Of a stretch of DNA of 64,000 nucleotides, positions 63,701 to 64,000 are shown in pieces. Every line of letters starts with the position of its first letter. Within the stretch, counting starts at the first letter, position 1. Under the pieces are notes generated by a model. The model saw only the letters and a list, made by a program, of their open reading frames with translations, did not search any database and was not told the DNA's origin. The DNA comes from Eledone cirrhosa (taxonomy: Eukaryota). The stretch is from positions 371,752,001 through 371,816,000 of the forward strand of contig OZ024741.1 in the NCBI GenBank assembly GCA_964016885.1. Direction: 5' to 3'. Both the position numbers and the translations under genes were made by a program.

Positions 63701-64000
63701 GTTATTAGGAGTCTGACAACTGTATAGTGGACAACGTTGTTCGGAGTCTAACAACTGTATAGTGGACAACGTTATTAGGAGTCTAACAACTGTATAGTGG
63801 ACAACGTTATTAGGAGTCTGACAACTGTATAGTGGACAACTTTCTTAGGAGTCTGACAACTGTATAGTGGACAACGTTATTAGGAGCCTAACAACTGTAT
63901 AGTGGATAACGTTGTTAGGAGTCTAACAACTGTAGAGTGGACCACGCTGTTAGGTGTCTAACAACGGTATAGAGGACAACGTTGTTAGGAGCCTAACAAC
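54760..64000. repeat. HOR zone 5: ~2,730-2,765 bp unit (78-79 monomers) in two near-identical copies, then a related third copy containing a 1,120-bp duplication
   Basis: GTCTGAGAAC at 54,961 and 57,726. GTTGTTCGGA at 57,191, 59,921 and 63,736. ACAACTGGGG at 56,191, 58,921, 61,651 and 62,771. Confidence 0.88.
60830..63070. repeat. Tandem duplication of 1,120 bp (32 monomers) nested in HOR zone 5
   Basis: GCCTAACAAT at 60,981 and 62,101; GTTGTTACGA at 61,111 and 62,231; AGTTGACACC at 61,766 and 62,886. Confidence 0.9.

Larger units (their letters stand above)
1..64000. repeat. 35-bp tandem satellite array, consensus AGTGGACAACGTTRTTAGGAGTCTRACAACTGTAT, ~1,830 copies, single orientation, open at both window ends
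   Basis: Seen directly: AGTGGACAAC or a close variant starts at 1, 36, 71, 106, 141 and so on, and the motif continues to 64,000 with only substitutions and rare small indels. 64,000/35 is about 1,829. No non-repeat segment or reverse-complement copy was seen. Confidence 0.99.

Noticed and set aside
1-64000. Protein-coding repeat (long repetitive ORF) on either strand
   Set aside because: The period of 35 shifts frame each monomer. The + strand has near-invariant TAG triplets (TTAGG, ATAGT) and the - strand has TAA (CCTAA), so every frame meets a stop about every 105 bp under the standard code. Variant stops extend this only locally.
1-64000. Canonical CRISPR array
   Set aside because: There are no unique spacers: the 15 bp between hairpins is as conserved as the hairpin. 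No leader or cas genes are present. The end-motif resemblance is kept only as a low-interest finding.
1-64000. Pure technical artefact (rolling-circle/concatemer of one oligo, or random read errors)
   Set aside because: Rare variants and indels recur in fixed order at several nested periods, which random error on a single template would not produce. Exact HOR copy numbers could still be mis-assembled.

Overview
The whole 64 kb is one uninterrupted head-to-tail tandem array (satellite/minisatellite DNA). The monomer is 35 bp, consensus AGTGGACAACGTTRTTAGGAGTCTRACAACTGTAT, about 37-43% GC depending on the two R sites, in roughly 1,830 copies. All copies are in one orientation and the array runs off both ends of the window. 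I found no unique sequence, gene, RNA gene, transposon or CRISPR spacer. Long ORFs are effectively excluded: 35 is not a multiple of 3 and each strand carries a near-invariant stop triplet per monomer. The information lies in two places. First, the monomer is rich in dyad symmetry: an 8-bp hairpin GTTGTTAG-GAGT-CTAACAAC overlaps a 10-bp palindrome ACAACGTTGT, and both common polymorphisms sit in the hairpin stem. Second, there is a nested higher-order-repeat (HOR) history readable from rare variant monomers: ~4.88 kb x3, ~4.3-4.9 kb x3, 1,260 bp x2, ~1.1-1.2 kb x5, ~2.73 kb x2-3, plus smaller duplications. More diverged zones lie between these blocks. The organism cannot be identified from the sequence; a eukaryotic satellite is the most economical reading (inference). 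I do not see evidence for a new protein-coding system. Resemblances to CRISPR repeats and integron attC ends are recorded but weak. HOR boundaries were placed by eye and are approximate to within a few monomers.
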